A stretch of 64,000 nucleotides of DNA from Toensbergia leucococca (Eukaryota), in assembly GCA_022813965.1 (NCBI GenBank), contig JALDZS010000080.1:1-64000 (forward strand), written 5' to 3'. Below are positions 25,151-39,200 of the stretch, piece after piece. A program made the translations under genes and the position numbers. Positions within the stretch are counted from its first letter, which is position 1. Every line of letters starts with the position of its first letter. The notes beneath the pieces were generated by a model, which saw only the letters and a list, made by a program, of their open reading frames with translations, made no database searches and was not told where the DNA came from.

Positions 25151-25811
25151 TTACGAACCAAGGGTGGCTGCCATCCCAGCACCCTTACTAGTGCTGCAAC
25201 TGCCTGGCAGCCAACCCCAGCCCTGACCAGCATTGTCATTCTCCGATCTGAACTTCTCTTGTCTTATTCTTCCGCATGGTATGCATGACCACTAGTGCGC
25301 CATCTACCGATCTCATCCCCTCTGATCAATATCGCATCCTCTTGAACTGCCACCAAGTACATGCGACCAATCCTACCTAGAATCCACCTTGACAAATCCA
25401 CGCCGTTGACAACCAGTCGTCTAACCACCACTGTTGTTCCTGGCGCACACTCAATCTCTCCCGTTCCCACCATCATCGAGTAGTGTCGATCTCTCACGGT
25501 TATCTCTCAGGATCAAAGATCACTCCCATTGCCGTCTTTTGCCTCTGCATGGCCAAAACATTCTCTCTACAACCTAAAATTCCCACTCCACTCCAAATAG
25601 CATCATCTCCGATAGGATACAACGCTCACATCCATCTTGCATCCCGTGTTTGACCGACTGCCTTCCACATGAACCACACTCCCCTCATTTAGCGGAAAGC
25701 GACAGAAGGAAGTGAGGCAACCATACATATTTTGAGGAGGCCGAGGGGTGTCCGCCGAAGATTGAGAATTAGAAGCGTCTTTTTCTGACTATCTTCGACA
25801 CTCTCTCGGAA

Positions 25812-27558
25812 ATGGCAGTGGTCATGGCGGACCCTGGCAGGAAACAGTCAGTTCTCTATAATCATTCTCATGGAGTGTTCGAACCGAGCCATGCTAACTT
25901 GTTCCTAGTACTCCCCTACCATCGATCAACTATCTAGATCTTGAAAAAATCAAAAGAGAAGGCTCGGCCTACAATCAGAAGTTTCCGTTGTCTACGGCAC
26001 TGAACATGCCAGCCCCTCTAATCATCAGTCCGGTTCCAATGTATTCTGGCCCACCACCTCCGTATTCCTACCCGTCTTCTACTGCCAGCACAGTCGTCGG
26101 TGGCTACATATCTCCAGCAGAATCTCGTCGTACTTCTGATGACGATAAAGAACAACCACCAGCGCACCGACAATCACTACCTTCAATACAAGAAGCCCTA
26201 GGTAACGAGCAATCACTACAATATACACCAGCACCCTCCAAAACCACCGCATCTCCACAAATACTGCATCCGATATCAGCTCACACTCCGACCACTCCGA
26301 CCTCACGACCACATCTGGACACGACCCGGCGAGGCCCTACGAATCCCTTCTCCCAAGTTCAACAAATTGCGCCCTATCTCCCTCACAAACCTCCCGAAAG
26401 ACATTCGCAGTCGCAGGACCATCCGCAGTCCCAGCACCATCCTCACGCCCACAACGAACTAGGCCCCTCCCGGTTCTCAGCTGTCGATACACATGAACCA
26501 CAATTTCCGTCTTTACAGCCATCAAAAACCGCTCCTAGCCCTACAAATCCTGTACGCCCGAGCTCACACGCGATACAGCATCAAACCTCATCCGTCACGT
26601 ACGACCGAATACCGCACTCAACTCCATCCATGAATCCTCAGTACGCGTACAGTGCGTGTCAGCCTTCCTATTCGTTCGCCCCACAACCATCTGGCATTCC
26701 CGCATCCCAACCTCCAATTCCACAACACCCAACCTGGCGAAGTGATGCAGCTGAAATCGATCGGGCGGAAGAAGTGAGAAAAGTGACATTAAAGGAGAGC
26801 CCTCCCAGTGGCCACGCCTTTGGGGAATCGGTAAAACGTCATCTGGACATTTTTGACCTTGAAACATCTCTAAATGAGGTAATAATCTTTGACACAAATA
26901 CGTCGATTTAGTAGCTAATTTCCCCCAGATTGCTGAAGGCAGCGGTCGTGCTTTGGATTTCTCTCGACTTTACGGAATTCGTGCGCATCAAACGCAACGG
27001 TCTGGACTTTCGTCAGGTTCTATGCCGTCTTTGATCGAGTGTGAGGAAATGATAAGGCAGCAGAGCCGAGTTTTGGATTCCATGGTTCGAATAAGAGAAG
27101 TTATTATCTCACAGCAACAAGCCCTAGCCGAACAACGAAATCAAGACCAAAACTACAAAGGCTCCAGCGAAATTGATGATGATGGTATTTCATACCAAGA
27201 TAAACTAGATGGGTCAGGAGGCTTCGCTGGGTCAGATCCAAAGAAGAGAAGAGGAGTAAGTCGATCAAGCCTTCCTTCTTTTTAGACAACAAGACTTATC
27301 GATCAATAGAGAGCCGCACCTCCCGGACGTTGTCACAGTTGTAATCGAGCTGAGACACCCGAATGGCGACGTGGTCCCGATGGTGCTAGAACTTTGTGTA
27401 ATGCTTGTGGACTACGTTTGTGTTTCCATATCCAAAGTCATCTCAAGGCTAACGATTTCTCAGACTATGCAAAATTGACAAGGAAGATGGGCTCCAAATC
27501 GTCTTTGGGAGGTTCAAACCTTCGACCCAAGGAAATGGGCCCAGGATCGCCTCAGTAG
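25812..27558 (+). CDS. nsdD: GATA zinc-finger transcription factor, NsdD/SUB-1 type (sexual development regulator)
   Basis: N-terminal [20 protein letters not shown] and [17 protein letters not shown]-terminal [43 protein letters not shown] zinc finger (about 27330-27490); 4 introns. Confidence 0.9.
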
Positions 27559-30094
27559 CATGAGTATTCCACCGTCGTACATCTCTACGCTCACGTACAT
27601 ACACTGCATCTTGGATATTTTGATTTACCTTCCGGGGCGTCCAGGATTGGAGCATTATCGGTAAACGTCCCTTTTAGGGGATAACGAGGCAACTCGCGCA
27701 AGCGGGGATGATTTGGGAGAAATACATACGGAACGCGAGATTAGATATGGTCTGGGAGTTTTCGTTGAGTGATTTGGATTGTTGTACAGAATTCACGCGC
27801 TTGCGGCTGCTGGCTCCGGGCCCAGGGGGGACTTCCGCGGATGAGGTGACACCGCTTTTCCTCTTGGTTGAGTAGAGAAGCTTTATTAGAGGCTTTTGAT
27901 GCATTTAATGCGAATAGCGAAGCGTCTATGCAAAGATTTTCACCAGCGAAGATACCGCCTTATCAGAGGTTTTTGCTTTTTTAGCTTTTTGGGGGTGTCT
28001 AATCCACTTCTTTTTCCATGAGACTGGAGACGTTTGTGTCTTATTAGAGACGATGCTATGATCTATGGGGCTTTTGGAGGAAGAGAAGAGGGGGGATTGT
28101 TTTTCTTTTGCTTGGGCGATCGTGATGGGTTGCGTTCTTCTGGATGTTTGGGATGAAGATGTTTTGTTTCTTCGTTGTTGCGGTGGGAGAGGGGGGGAGG
28201 GGGGGGATTTCTTTTTTTCCTGCCTATTTTTTCCAAACCCCCTTTCTTGGACATACCTTTGTACAGGTGGGGTTTCTTTGTTAAAATATTTTTTTATAAT
28301 TGTAGAAAAAAGGAATATTCATTTTTTTTTTAATATTCTGCTCACTTATTTTGTTTTGCCTCTTTTTTTGAGGGTAAATTCTAGATTTGTACGCTTCTCA
28401 CCTTTTTTTTTGAGGTGACTGAGTGGTTTTGGGGAGGGAGAATTGATTGTGTAGTGTATGTGAGATGGTATATGAGTGTGATTAAGCTCTCAAAATACTT
28501 GAGAGAATGAGAGTTGAGATTTTGATTGTCTGTTATGTTGCGAGGAAGATATGAGGGGTTTTGAGAGATGAAGAATCAGTGTTCTCAAGAGAGGGGGTGA
28601 AATGAAAAAAAGGCTAGGAAAAAGAAAAGTGTTTGTTTGTGAGTAAGGTGAGTTGGAATCAAATAGAGTATCAAGAAAAGAGATGGTCAAGAATGTCGAT
28701 GAAGGGATGGGATAGGTGATGTTCTCTGCGCTGTGAGGAGGATTTGTGACTAAGGTTTTTTTTTTTTTTTTTTTTTTCGGTTTGCCTGACTCCTATCCCT
28801 TCATGCTATCTTTTCATCTTTCATTCATATCTATCCATCTCTGCCTCTTTCCGGCACACAACTCCTCTTCCCTCCCACTTTCAATCTTCCAACAAGCCCC
28901 TCCTTTCCCCCCGCCCATACCATACTCATACCCCCCAACCCATCCCAAAAGAAAACAAGAACAATCCCACCACCCGCACCAAGAAACTCAACAAAAACCC
29001 AAACCCCAAACCCCGACAAAAAACAAAGCAAGGAAGTAAAAACCACCCATCGCCCTGCCTAATAGGTACCCCGTAACGAAGGACAAAGACAAAAAAAAAA
29101 GGGATACGTTCTCTCTCTCCCTCTTTCCCTCCCCCTTCCTCACCAAAAATCTTTTCATTCAACCCCAAAAACCCCTCCTCATATCCCCGCCCCAAACTCA
29201 TCTGTTTCTATTTATTCGCTTTTATTTATCTTCACAGGCCTTTTGCTCATACACTTGGGAAAAAAAATGGGAGAGGGGGAGGGGGAGGGAGAGGGGGAGG
29301 GGGAGGGGCGGACTGAAAGTCCTCACTCTCAGCTCTCAGGCGCATGGTATGAGTGAGAGGGTAGGGGGATAGTAGTGTGGGTTGAGAAGGAGGGGGGAGG
29401 GAGGGGTTGGAGTGGTTGGAGCGTTCGTGCCGCTGAGTGGAGTACGAGTAGAGGGTGAAACGTCAAGAGAAAAAAAGTGACACAAAGGTTCGAAGCTGAT
29501 GCTAAAGTCCCCTTCGCAAACTTCCCCCCCTTCCCTCAAAACAAAAAGAAAAAAAATCAAGCTGACTTCATTTTCACTCACCTCGTCTCACTAATACGAA
29601 AGTCAAACCTCCTTTTTCAAAAGGCCGTCCTATCTATCTCAACACCAAACTCTTTACAAATCAACAAGAAATCTAATATATATACCTACACTCACCAGAC
29701 CCTCCCCCTCATCAGTGAAAAAAGCCTCTCTCCCAATCCAGACCAGAACCCCCCCCCTAATCAAACCTTCAAAAAAAAGGGCGCGTGCCCTGAACGAATC
29801 TACCCTCACCTGCCCCCTCAAGAAACACTCGTTCCCAAAACTGATACCTCACTCAAATCCCCCTCGCCTCCCCACACAAAAACACAAAAAAAAACATTTC
29901 TCTCTCACAAACAGCGGAGAAAATATCATCAAAAGAAACCTCTCCACACTCCCCCCCCAACTTGCCCATAGGACCGGGGGAATACCAGCTTTCCAAAAAA
30001 AAAAAGACAACCAAAAACAACCGCGGTAAACGAAAAGGGATAAGAAAAACACAAAGAAGAATTTACCTGATACAAACAGGTTGACCAAGCCAAG

Positions 30095-30097
<3 letters not shown>

Positions 30098-30127
<30 letters not shown>
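30098..30127. repeat. (GA)n microsatellite
   Basis: Perfect ga dinucleotide run. Confidence 0.95.
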
Positions 30128-30128
<1 letters not shown>

Positions 30129-30484
30129 CATTGCTGATGAAGATGGTCATTCTCTACTTTTCTTTTCGGGACAGTATTCAGCATTTAGCAAAATCAGGGG
30201 CCAATGATTTAGTTGAATAAAACTGCACCCTCGCTACCACGGATAATAAGGTATAGACATTACGAATAGAAGTCTCCTCTATAGAAAACAAATATAAATA
30301 GCAAAGCGTCAACGCTACTGATCCATCTAGAAGGGTATCAAACCATCCATTCCCACCCCCCACAAAAAAAAGGCCTAGCTTTTGAATCTGGATAGAGAAA
30401 AAGTAGATAATAAAAAAAGAAAATACCCGCCGGCGCGGCAGCAGTAGTAGCATTGGGGAATGTCCAAACTCAAAATTCTCTAAA

Positions 30485-32811
30485 TCACATCATCATCAAC
30501 CGAGTCGTTCTCCGCTCAGGATGTTTCCGGCCAGGGCCACCAAGAAAGGACGACTGCTGCGCGGCGCGGAAAGCGTGGGTTTCGCAGTAAATTTTGCGAT
30601 TCATTTCAAAGTAGTCTTCGTTGAGGATCTTGCGGCAGTCCTGCAGTCCATGTTAGCATGAATCGTCCTTGGCACACAATTAAAAAGGCTCACATAACAG
30701 GTGAAGCAGTGAGAATGGAATTTCTGCTTCATCTCCGTCTCCAGATACTGGCCTTCGATGCCTCGGTCGCAGCTCTTACATAGGGAGTCGTTGAGCTCGT
30801 GATAATGTCGTTCACAATAGGGGTGGTTATCCATGACATAGAAATCTGCTGTTTGGAATGCTTCTTTGCACGTCTTGCATACGAAGCATAGTTTGTGATA
30901 GCGTCCAGTGAGTCGACCGTCGGCTGAACTGACAGACTTTCCAATGATGAGTTCCCCACACCCCCTACACTTACCTTTGTTGCCGGTTGTGGCCTTTCGT
31001 GCTGGGATTGCAGAAGTGCTCGGGGGAGACATTGGAGATGTGTAAGAGTTTGCAGGCTGCGATGATGTAGATTTGGTCTGATTGGCAGGAAGAGAGGCAG
31101 GAGTAGGATATCCTGTGTTCGCACGGGAGTCTGGGATCTTGATCGACGGTTGAGGCCTTACAGGCGGGTCCATGGGCTTTGTGTACATTGGTCTGCTGAA
31201 ACTCAGCGGCGACCCACGCTGTGATGGTAGTGGAGTATGATTAGTCAAGACATTCTGCATCACTGGTTGAATGTCTTTCTTCAAGTAATCAATTCGGTTG
31301 TTATCAGAAGGTCTTCGCTCTAGTGACGGGAACTCAGCAGACAACGGCGGACTCGACCTTGAGCTGCCACTTTTCGCTTCGGAGCTTGATGACTCATTGG
31401 ATGAATTCGACTCTGTCGATGTATGATGGGAGTTTCCAGCACCACTTTTCTCGGGACGTTTTGTAGCACGTGATACATCAACCCTTGATTCTTTCTTTAG
31501 TTCATCACTCTTTGAGCTATCCTGGAGCATTGGTGTAATCTCAATTTTGCTTTGCGATGCTGTGTGCCGTGGTTTGTATGAACTTGTGCTGCCAATCTCA
31601 TGAAGGGGTCTGTTGATTGCTGAGATAGCTGGTCTCGCGCTTCGTAATGGCGGTGAGGATTCGGATGGTCTCCTCGGAAGTGGGATAGTTGGACCTTCGA
31701 TACTTGAGTGGTGTCCTTTGTCTAGTGGAAACGTTTGTGATCGAGTCTCTTGATGAATTGTTTCCGCTCGAATAACTTTTTCGGATATTGGTCGTATGGG
31801 CGTCGAGTCACTCAAGTCATCAGGCCGCGAGGGCCTGGAAGGTGCAGTACCAGGTTTAAATGAGGGTAGGTTTGATAGGCCTTGGCTAGAGAGGGGAGGG
31901 TTTTGTGGTTTGCCTGAATCTGCGGTTGATGATCGATGTAATGAGGGTTTTCCGGCAGCGATACCCTGTGGGCGAATGTAATCTTTGCTGCTGCCCAAAG
32001 TTGCGGTTCTCTTATGCCCTGGATCCTGCTCGTTTGACTTGCCACCAACATTGAATGGTCCTGGAGTAATAGTATTCATCCTCTGCAAGACCCTTCCTCC
32101 ACCATTTCGTCTGGGGCTCATAGGGGCATAAGTCTGGGCTGATTCTGTCTTTACTTGCGAGCTTCGAACTTCGGTGTGGGGTGGGTGAGTTACCTCCAAT
32201 GGAGTTATCGGGGTGGCACCAATAGGTTTGGAGGTTGGGAATGGTGGGAAAGCGCAATCTTGAGATAGGATTTCTGGCGATGGGGGTTGATATGGTAATG
32301 GGGCTGTTGCACTTCTCGAAGGAAGTCGATATGGAGATCTGCGGTCACTCCCAGGTGTAATTGGAGATGCACTGCGTGGATTGCTTGATATACTTCTGGG
32401 GGTGAGCTGAGCTGGTGGTATGAATGAGCGATCTTTGTTGGGTTAGCCTCATTTCCTTCGCGTCATCAATGGTCAATGAAGGCTACACGTACTTGCGGCC
32501 GCTGCGTCAATAGAAGGCGGTGGCATTCTACTCGATTTGAGCAGTTGTGGCCCGTTCCTGGTATCTGAAGTAGAGGCTGCGAACGGGCCATTGAGGCCAC
32601 GACGACTGGAATTGGACTCGGGAGCTGGGTCGAATGTTAATATGGTCTCAACGAATACATTGGTATGACTCGAAATCTCCGTACCTCGTTCGCAGATGTG
32701 ATCACCCATCATGGATATCTGAATCTCGGCGTTGCAGTCCGAGCACTTGATTGTAGGCAGAAAGCTCTTGGGTCTGTCGTTGGAGGCCATGATTGTTGCC
32801 ATGTCCCTCAC
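30485..32811 (-). CDS. LIM-domain protein (paxillin-like, Pxl1 family)
   Basis: N-terminal FLPTIKCSDCNAEIQISMMGDHIC; two C-terminal LIM domains (CRGCGELIIGKSVSSADGRLTGRYHKLCFVCKTC...YCERHYH; CKSCDRGIEGQYLE...FHSHCFTC); last exon ends PERRTTRLMMM*. Confidence 0.9.
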
Positions 32812-35800
32812 GCGACTGACGCTTTTCTTTGGTAGGCATGCACAGGTTCTTCAATTCTCGACTGCAGAAAGCCGTGTTTACTGCAGGAGGCGTCTTTGGT
32901 GGTTGTCCCGAGTATTGTCCTAAAGCAGGATGGCGACATGCATCAATGTGTGGAATGCAGACAGCTGTACTCGATGCGGTGTCGTTGCTGTAGGCGCCGA
33001 ATGAATGTGGGTGGGTGTGATTTGTATGGGTGGGAACGAATAACGATCTGGGTGGACAAAGGGGAAATGAGAAGCTTGAAACCCCTGTCCCGTGGCATGT
33101 GGAGAATTAGATAAGACGACCTTTGCAAGAACATGAGCATGTCTACCAGATGACCTTGGTGAATAAGCTACCTTCCCATTCTAAATACTACGGACAGTTT
33201 TGAAACATACTTCAACTAAGTATTTCAAATACTGAATGGAAACAGACATCTATCTCCAGATGCCATTGTAGTGCTGGAAAATTAGCCATAACACACTTAT
33301 TCTACCCCGTTCGGATACTTAGCCTACAATTGCGTTCTCGGGAAGTTTAATCATTGCATCTTCTCCCTAAGTACCACACGTGATACCTTAATCTGTAAGG
33401 TACTCGTACCTTATCACAGGAAATCTCATGCAAGTCACCATATCTATTTGTAAATTCCACAAGCAGTTGATGAAAGAATTCTGTCCTCGATCTCCCCGGT
33501 ATACTATGAACGATAAAAGCCTTCTGATCTTGCTCAAAAGTGGAGAATGAACATCGCGCTACTATGATAAGCGACTAGGATATTCTAAGCTAATGCAAGT
33601 CAGGGCTCAACCTGCCATCAAAGCTTGCCCTAACCAAACACCAAGTCTACGCGTTCACAAATAGGGATAATTGAAACCACCAGAAGACCTGTACTGATAT
33701 TGGGGGCTACAGTCAGCTGTAAAGTAGACGCATGCCATGAAAGAGTCGCCCTTTTCATTGTCTTCTATACATCTACTATTTCTCTTACGAACCATATTCA
33801 AGGTCGATACTTGACTAGACTGCTTGACCAAGACTTGTTCTTCGAGACCACTCATGTGTGCACGAGTCTAGGTGGTTGTTGCCAGTGCCATTTCCCTCTT
33901 GAAATGTCATGAAATGTGTTGAGCATTTACTCCTAGAATCCACGTGGGCAAGTGGCACTCGAACATAGAGCACATGGCTGTGTTTTCAATAGCATTTGCC
34001 AAAGGCCATATCAACACGAGCCGAGACATGTCTACTTCTTACACCACTAAATACCTCATCCGTGGATTCCTCGCCTCTTTCAGTTCCACGGATTTACCAA
34101 CATAAATCCTAGCCATCGCTCGTCATCTGTCCTGGCTTTTTGTGACCATTTTGATCATTCTCTAGACGGGTATTCGTGCTTTTTCGATTTCCACTTGTTC
34201 ATCCTCGCCTTCTCGCGTACTATGCTTGGTGAGTTCAAAGAGCGTCCTGTATCACCTCAATTCCCTCGGCTTCATGCTAGGCCTTCATTCTCTAGCTCAC
34301 AGCCGGAAGCCGCCGTTTGCCTGGTCATCTGAACCGACCTTCTCGACGAATCGGTCAAGCTTGAGCTTTCCAGGCGCAATGATTGGGAAGAGGAAAGCGG
34401 GTTCCGGAGGTACCTATTTGACAAGGACCAGCCCGCATGCCATGAAGCTTTGGACTTGAGAATGCAAACACCAAAGACATTCCGTTGCATAGGCAAAAGG
34501 AATCGTGCATACCTAAGTATTCGCCTTCCATCCGTCCGGACATGCACTGGTAACCCACAGCTATGGCCCTCAGAATTGATCTTCTTTGGCTGTACGACGA
34601 GAATGTCAGGTTTTCTTTGTCGTTGGCTGCCCCAGCACAGCATTTCCCAGTTCCAATGAAAAGATTCTAAGAGCGGCGTGGATTCTTGTGGATTTACCAT
34701 CCATTAGTCCGCTCGTTTAACTTATCCTATGGTTAGGTAGGTATGGTCTGCATGACCGTATTAAGGCTACCTATCTACTAATTTAAATTCATTTCTTATG
34801 GCACATTAACAACAGTTTCAGTGATGCTGTCCACGATTAGGTACTTAGCCCACTACTCGAAGGGCAATCCAAGCCAAGGCAGCCCAACCTCAGGTATGCT
34901 GTCTCAGAGTAATCCAAGTCCAACTAAGCAAACCCAAAGCAAACCGAGTCCGATTACGCAACCCGAAATAAAGCTACATGGATAGCAAACTAATCTAAAG
35001 AAACCCAACCCATCTCACAAAATCTATAAAACTTATGAATCTCACGCTGCATCCCCCAAACCAAAACCCCAAAGCCTCAATCGTCCAGAACCCACATCAG
35101 CCTCCCAGCACCAAAGCCACCTCCACCCACCCAGCTTCACCCGAAAGACCGCCTCCAACCGCTCCCCTACTGCAAAAATGACCTCCCACTCGGACTACAT
35201 CCCCCAACGCCCAACGCCCCAAGTTCCCCCTCCACCACCCAAGACCAGCCTCCGCGAAACGACTCCTCCAACTCCGGGCCGCCCTCCCCCACTGTCTCTA
35301 CCCCCAGATGCTCTTCCTTACCCTCCAGCCGCCAAACGGCCCTCGCACTTTCCGGAATGGATTCCCAGAGATGAAACGAGCGAGAAGTAGTCTTCCACGC
35401 TCTTGGGATGGGACGGAGGTGAGAGAGCTGGAGGTGCTAGCTTTGTGGTGGAGAGCTTCAAAGGAGGGAGCAGGGGAGAGGAAGAGCGATAGAGAGAAAG
35501 GAGAGTGTGAAGTCGAAGCAGGGTCTCGGATTTTGCAGCTGTGTGATTGCAGGCAGTAGCAATTGACACCATAATTGTTTGATACTTTGATCCAATAGCT
35601 ATGACGCGGGTCTCCCATTCACTTTGGACAACCAAGTACGCGTGGAGCCACAAAGACTCATTCTTCCCCACTCTCACACGTAATTAAGTTTCTCCAACCC
35701 CGACAACCTTCTCTCAATCATGAGTCCCCTTTCTCCGGCCGTCTCTTCAAATCCCCGAATCAAGACATCTCATAGCACCGGCTACTAGAATCCCTCTTAC

Positions 35801-36226
35801 CCAATGCGCAAAAATACCCATCATAATGTATATTGTCTCTCATGCCTCGGCAAAGCTGCGCGAATATTACAGCATCTGGGGTATTCTAAGCTCGTTCCCC
35901 GATTTTCGAGTTTTTTGTCGGATTTCGATTTTGATTTTGCCGAGGCACACGTTATTCTATCAGACATGAGTAAAAGCACTGCCTCCAATCAATAATTCAC
36001 GTACTCAGATCCTGTAGCTTTGCTCAGCAGACTCGAGTCTCGGAATGCCATCGCGGCGTCTGTGCCGTGCAGGTATGCCTCATTTTCGGGGCGAGGCTGC
36101 GACCTATCCACGTATCCTACATGATCTCTTCACTTTGTTTATTGAGGCAACTCATCTGCTGACCTCGACTATTCACTTGTTACTCTGCGGAAGCGCTGTC
36201 ATTACTCTTCATCATAATCCTTCGTC

Positions 36227-39200
36227 ATGGCAGAGGTGCTTTCGGTTGCCTCCAGTATCGCGGGATTGGTGTCTCTCTTAGACGTCGTTGCGCGGCGAGT
36301 TTTCAAATATGCTAGAAAGGTCAAGAATGCGGAAAAGGAAATGAACGGACTGATCAGAGAGATTACTGATTTCTATGGCGTCCTAAATAAATTACGACTT
36401 GTAGCTTGTCGCTTTGACAATGGAAAGTTCGACTCTACATTGCAACTTTGCCAGATCACGTCGTGCGCCAAACTCCTAGGGAAAATCAGGTCTGGTCTTG
36501 GAGACTTCGACCCAAATGCCTACAATGAGAATAAGATGGTTCTTGCGAAGAAGCTCAAGTGGCCATTCTCAAGCTCTGAGACAGAAGAGCTGATAGTAGA
36601 GTTGGGAAGACTCAAAGCAACGTGCAGTTTGGCCTTGGAAGCTGATGGAATGTAAGGTATTTGACAGTCTTTCGTGATATCATATCGGTACTATTAACTA
36701 TATTTCTAGGTCCACATTGCTATTGGTTCTAGAGAAACAAGATTCTCACACTAAGATGTTGGATGAGATGAAAGCTGATTTCAAGACCCAACAACGCATT
36801 AGGCTCAACAAGCACAGGCAGGAGATTCTAGACTCTTTTGGAAACATCAATCCGGAGCATTATCAAGAGACCAATCTCAAGCTTCGGCAGCAAGCAACTG
36901 GCGACTGGTTTGTAAGGGGACCTGATTTCAGGAAGTGGATGAATACTAAAAACGCCAAGCTATGGCTACATGGAATTCGTACGTGTCTCTCTTATGGCTT
37001 GCATTATTGTGTCTCTATAATCGAAGCTGATAGGAGTCTGACTACTAAGCCGGTGCCGGAAAGACGATATTGACGTAAGCTACTACCTTGCCAATAAACA
37101 TAAACCTCCCATGACACCAAAGCCTAGATCTCTAATAATTCACGAGGCCCAGAAGTCAACGAGTACAGAGCTTGGTCAGTTCCCCCAACAATCGTTCCTA
37201 GATCACACATAATTCAGGACCACTGGCCGTGTGCTAAACACTATTGGTCTAGGCCTTGCATATTTCTATTGTGACTACAAGGATATATCAACTCTAGATG
37301 TGATGAAGATATTACGTTCTATTGCCAAGCAGTTTGCCGTACAACATGAGCAATGCTTTGAGAAACTGGAAGCCTTCTCCAAAGTATACCATCCTGGTGG
37401 AAAACTGCTAGCGCCTGTCACGCTGGAAAGGTTACGACTATTGTTGCTAGAGATGACAAACTGCTTTGAGCAAGCTCTCGTGATAGTCGATGCTCTGGAC
37501 GAATGTAGACAGGACCGGTCAAGCATCGTCGAAGTTCTAGCTGGTCTGAATGTCGCTGGAGAGACCACAATCAAGACACTCTTTGCCTCAAGGCGCGAAA
37601 CAGATATAGAGCTTCATCTTTCCGACTACGAGCAAATTTCTATTGCCGCAAATAAAGTTGATCTCGAAATATATGTGGCGTCTGAAATCGAGGTACGAAT
37701 CAGAAAAAAAAGGCTTCGATTAAGAGACCCGGGCCTCAAAGACGTGATCATGGAGCGCTTGATCGGAGGTGCGCAAGGAATGTAGGTATTTTTTGCTTGT
37801 GAAGATATCTGATTCCGGGCCTACGAACTAATAATGTGCCAGGTTTCGATGGGTCACTTGTCAATTGGACTATCTTTGCCAATTGAGTACTGATGGAGCC
37901 CGTCGTAAAGCACTCTTCACTTTACCGCCCACCTTGTTCGAGACCTATGAGAGGATTCTGGCTCGGGTCAATGAAACTTGTGAAGAGAATCAACTTCTAG
38001 TAGAACGGGCATTGAAGTGGACGATCTGCGCAGAAGAACCACTCTCAGCAAAAGCTTTATTGGATGTCCTGGCGATCAACCAAGAGCGTACAAGACTAGA
38101 TCGTGACTACATTACGAATGAAGAGAAAATCTTAGAATTGTGTAGCAGTCTCATTAGACGTACACCAGGTTCTAGCGGATTTGAACTGGCCCATTTCACA
38201 GTCAAAGAGTTCCTGCTTGCGCTTGATCCAGCTAAAAAAGACTCTCTGGCAAGATACCATGTCGAGTACGACAAAGACGAGATTCAGCTAGCGAGCGACT
38301 GTTTGAGATACATTTGCTTTGAGGACTTTGAAGCCGTACGATGCGATAATGAAGAGTCTATGGATCAACATTCAGAACGCTTCCCCTTCTATGGCTATGC
38401 AGCTCTCCATTGGGATGACCACGCTCACAATTATCTTGAGCACAGTGGTTTAACAAATCAAGTAAAATCCTTTTTTACACCACTGAAGATCGACCAATTC
38501 ATTTGCTGGAGCCAGTATTACTATTACAAAAACTTCAAAGGCGAGTATGAAGAGGACACTTCCAATACCACGACACTACATTGGGCTTCCTGTCTCGCGC
38601 TGCCTGAGATTTGTGAATGGCTAATTGAAGAAGGCTGTGAAACTGATAAGGGAAGCGGATTGGGTACTCCACTTCGGTGTGCGATAATGAATACAGACCG
38701 TTTTGTGAGCGAACGGTGGTATAAGAAGCCTGAGCTTTGCAAATGGCGCTGTGAAGCTAGGATCGAGACTATTCAAATACTTCTGTCTGCTGGCGCAAGT
38801 GTGCATACTAGGCCACATCCAAAAAGCAACGACTCATTGCTCTTCCTTGCCATCCAACTGGAGAGTGGACTAGAGAATCCACTTTTGAAAGCAGGAGCTG
38901 AGATAGACGACGATGTCTTGGAATGGATGACAGATAATGAAGAGTTCGACGCTCTAAAATTGGTGTCGGAAAGGAACCTTTGCGAAGAAATCAGACCAAA
39001 ATACCTAGAGCTAATACTAAATCTCAAGAAAAATGACGTGAAAGTTGTTACAACACTGTTGGAGAACACACGAAAACAGTTATTCGCTGCTAAGACCTTC
39101 AAGACCATTTTACAGGAAGCAGCTGTGTGGGGAAATATAAAGGTACTTCAAGGACTCGCTCAACGCTCAGATCTAGATCTGAATACTACGTTTGGCTCAG

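Noticed and set aside
27900..30460. ORFs between nsdD and the LIM gene
   Set aside because: Homopolymer-rich 3' spacer with no coding signature.
34200..35700. Short ORFs upstream of the NLR as a possible amyloid-signalling or effector partner
   Set aside because: No HeLo, gasdermin or amyloid-type motif is recognisable; the 35178-35390 ORF is merely Pro-rich within a C-rich tract.
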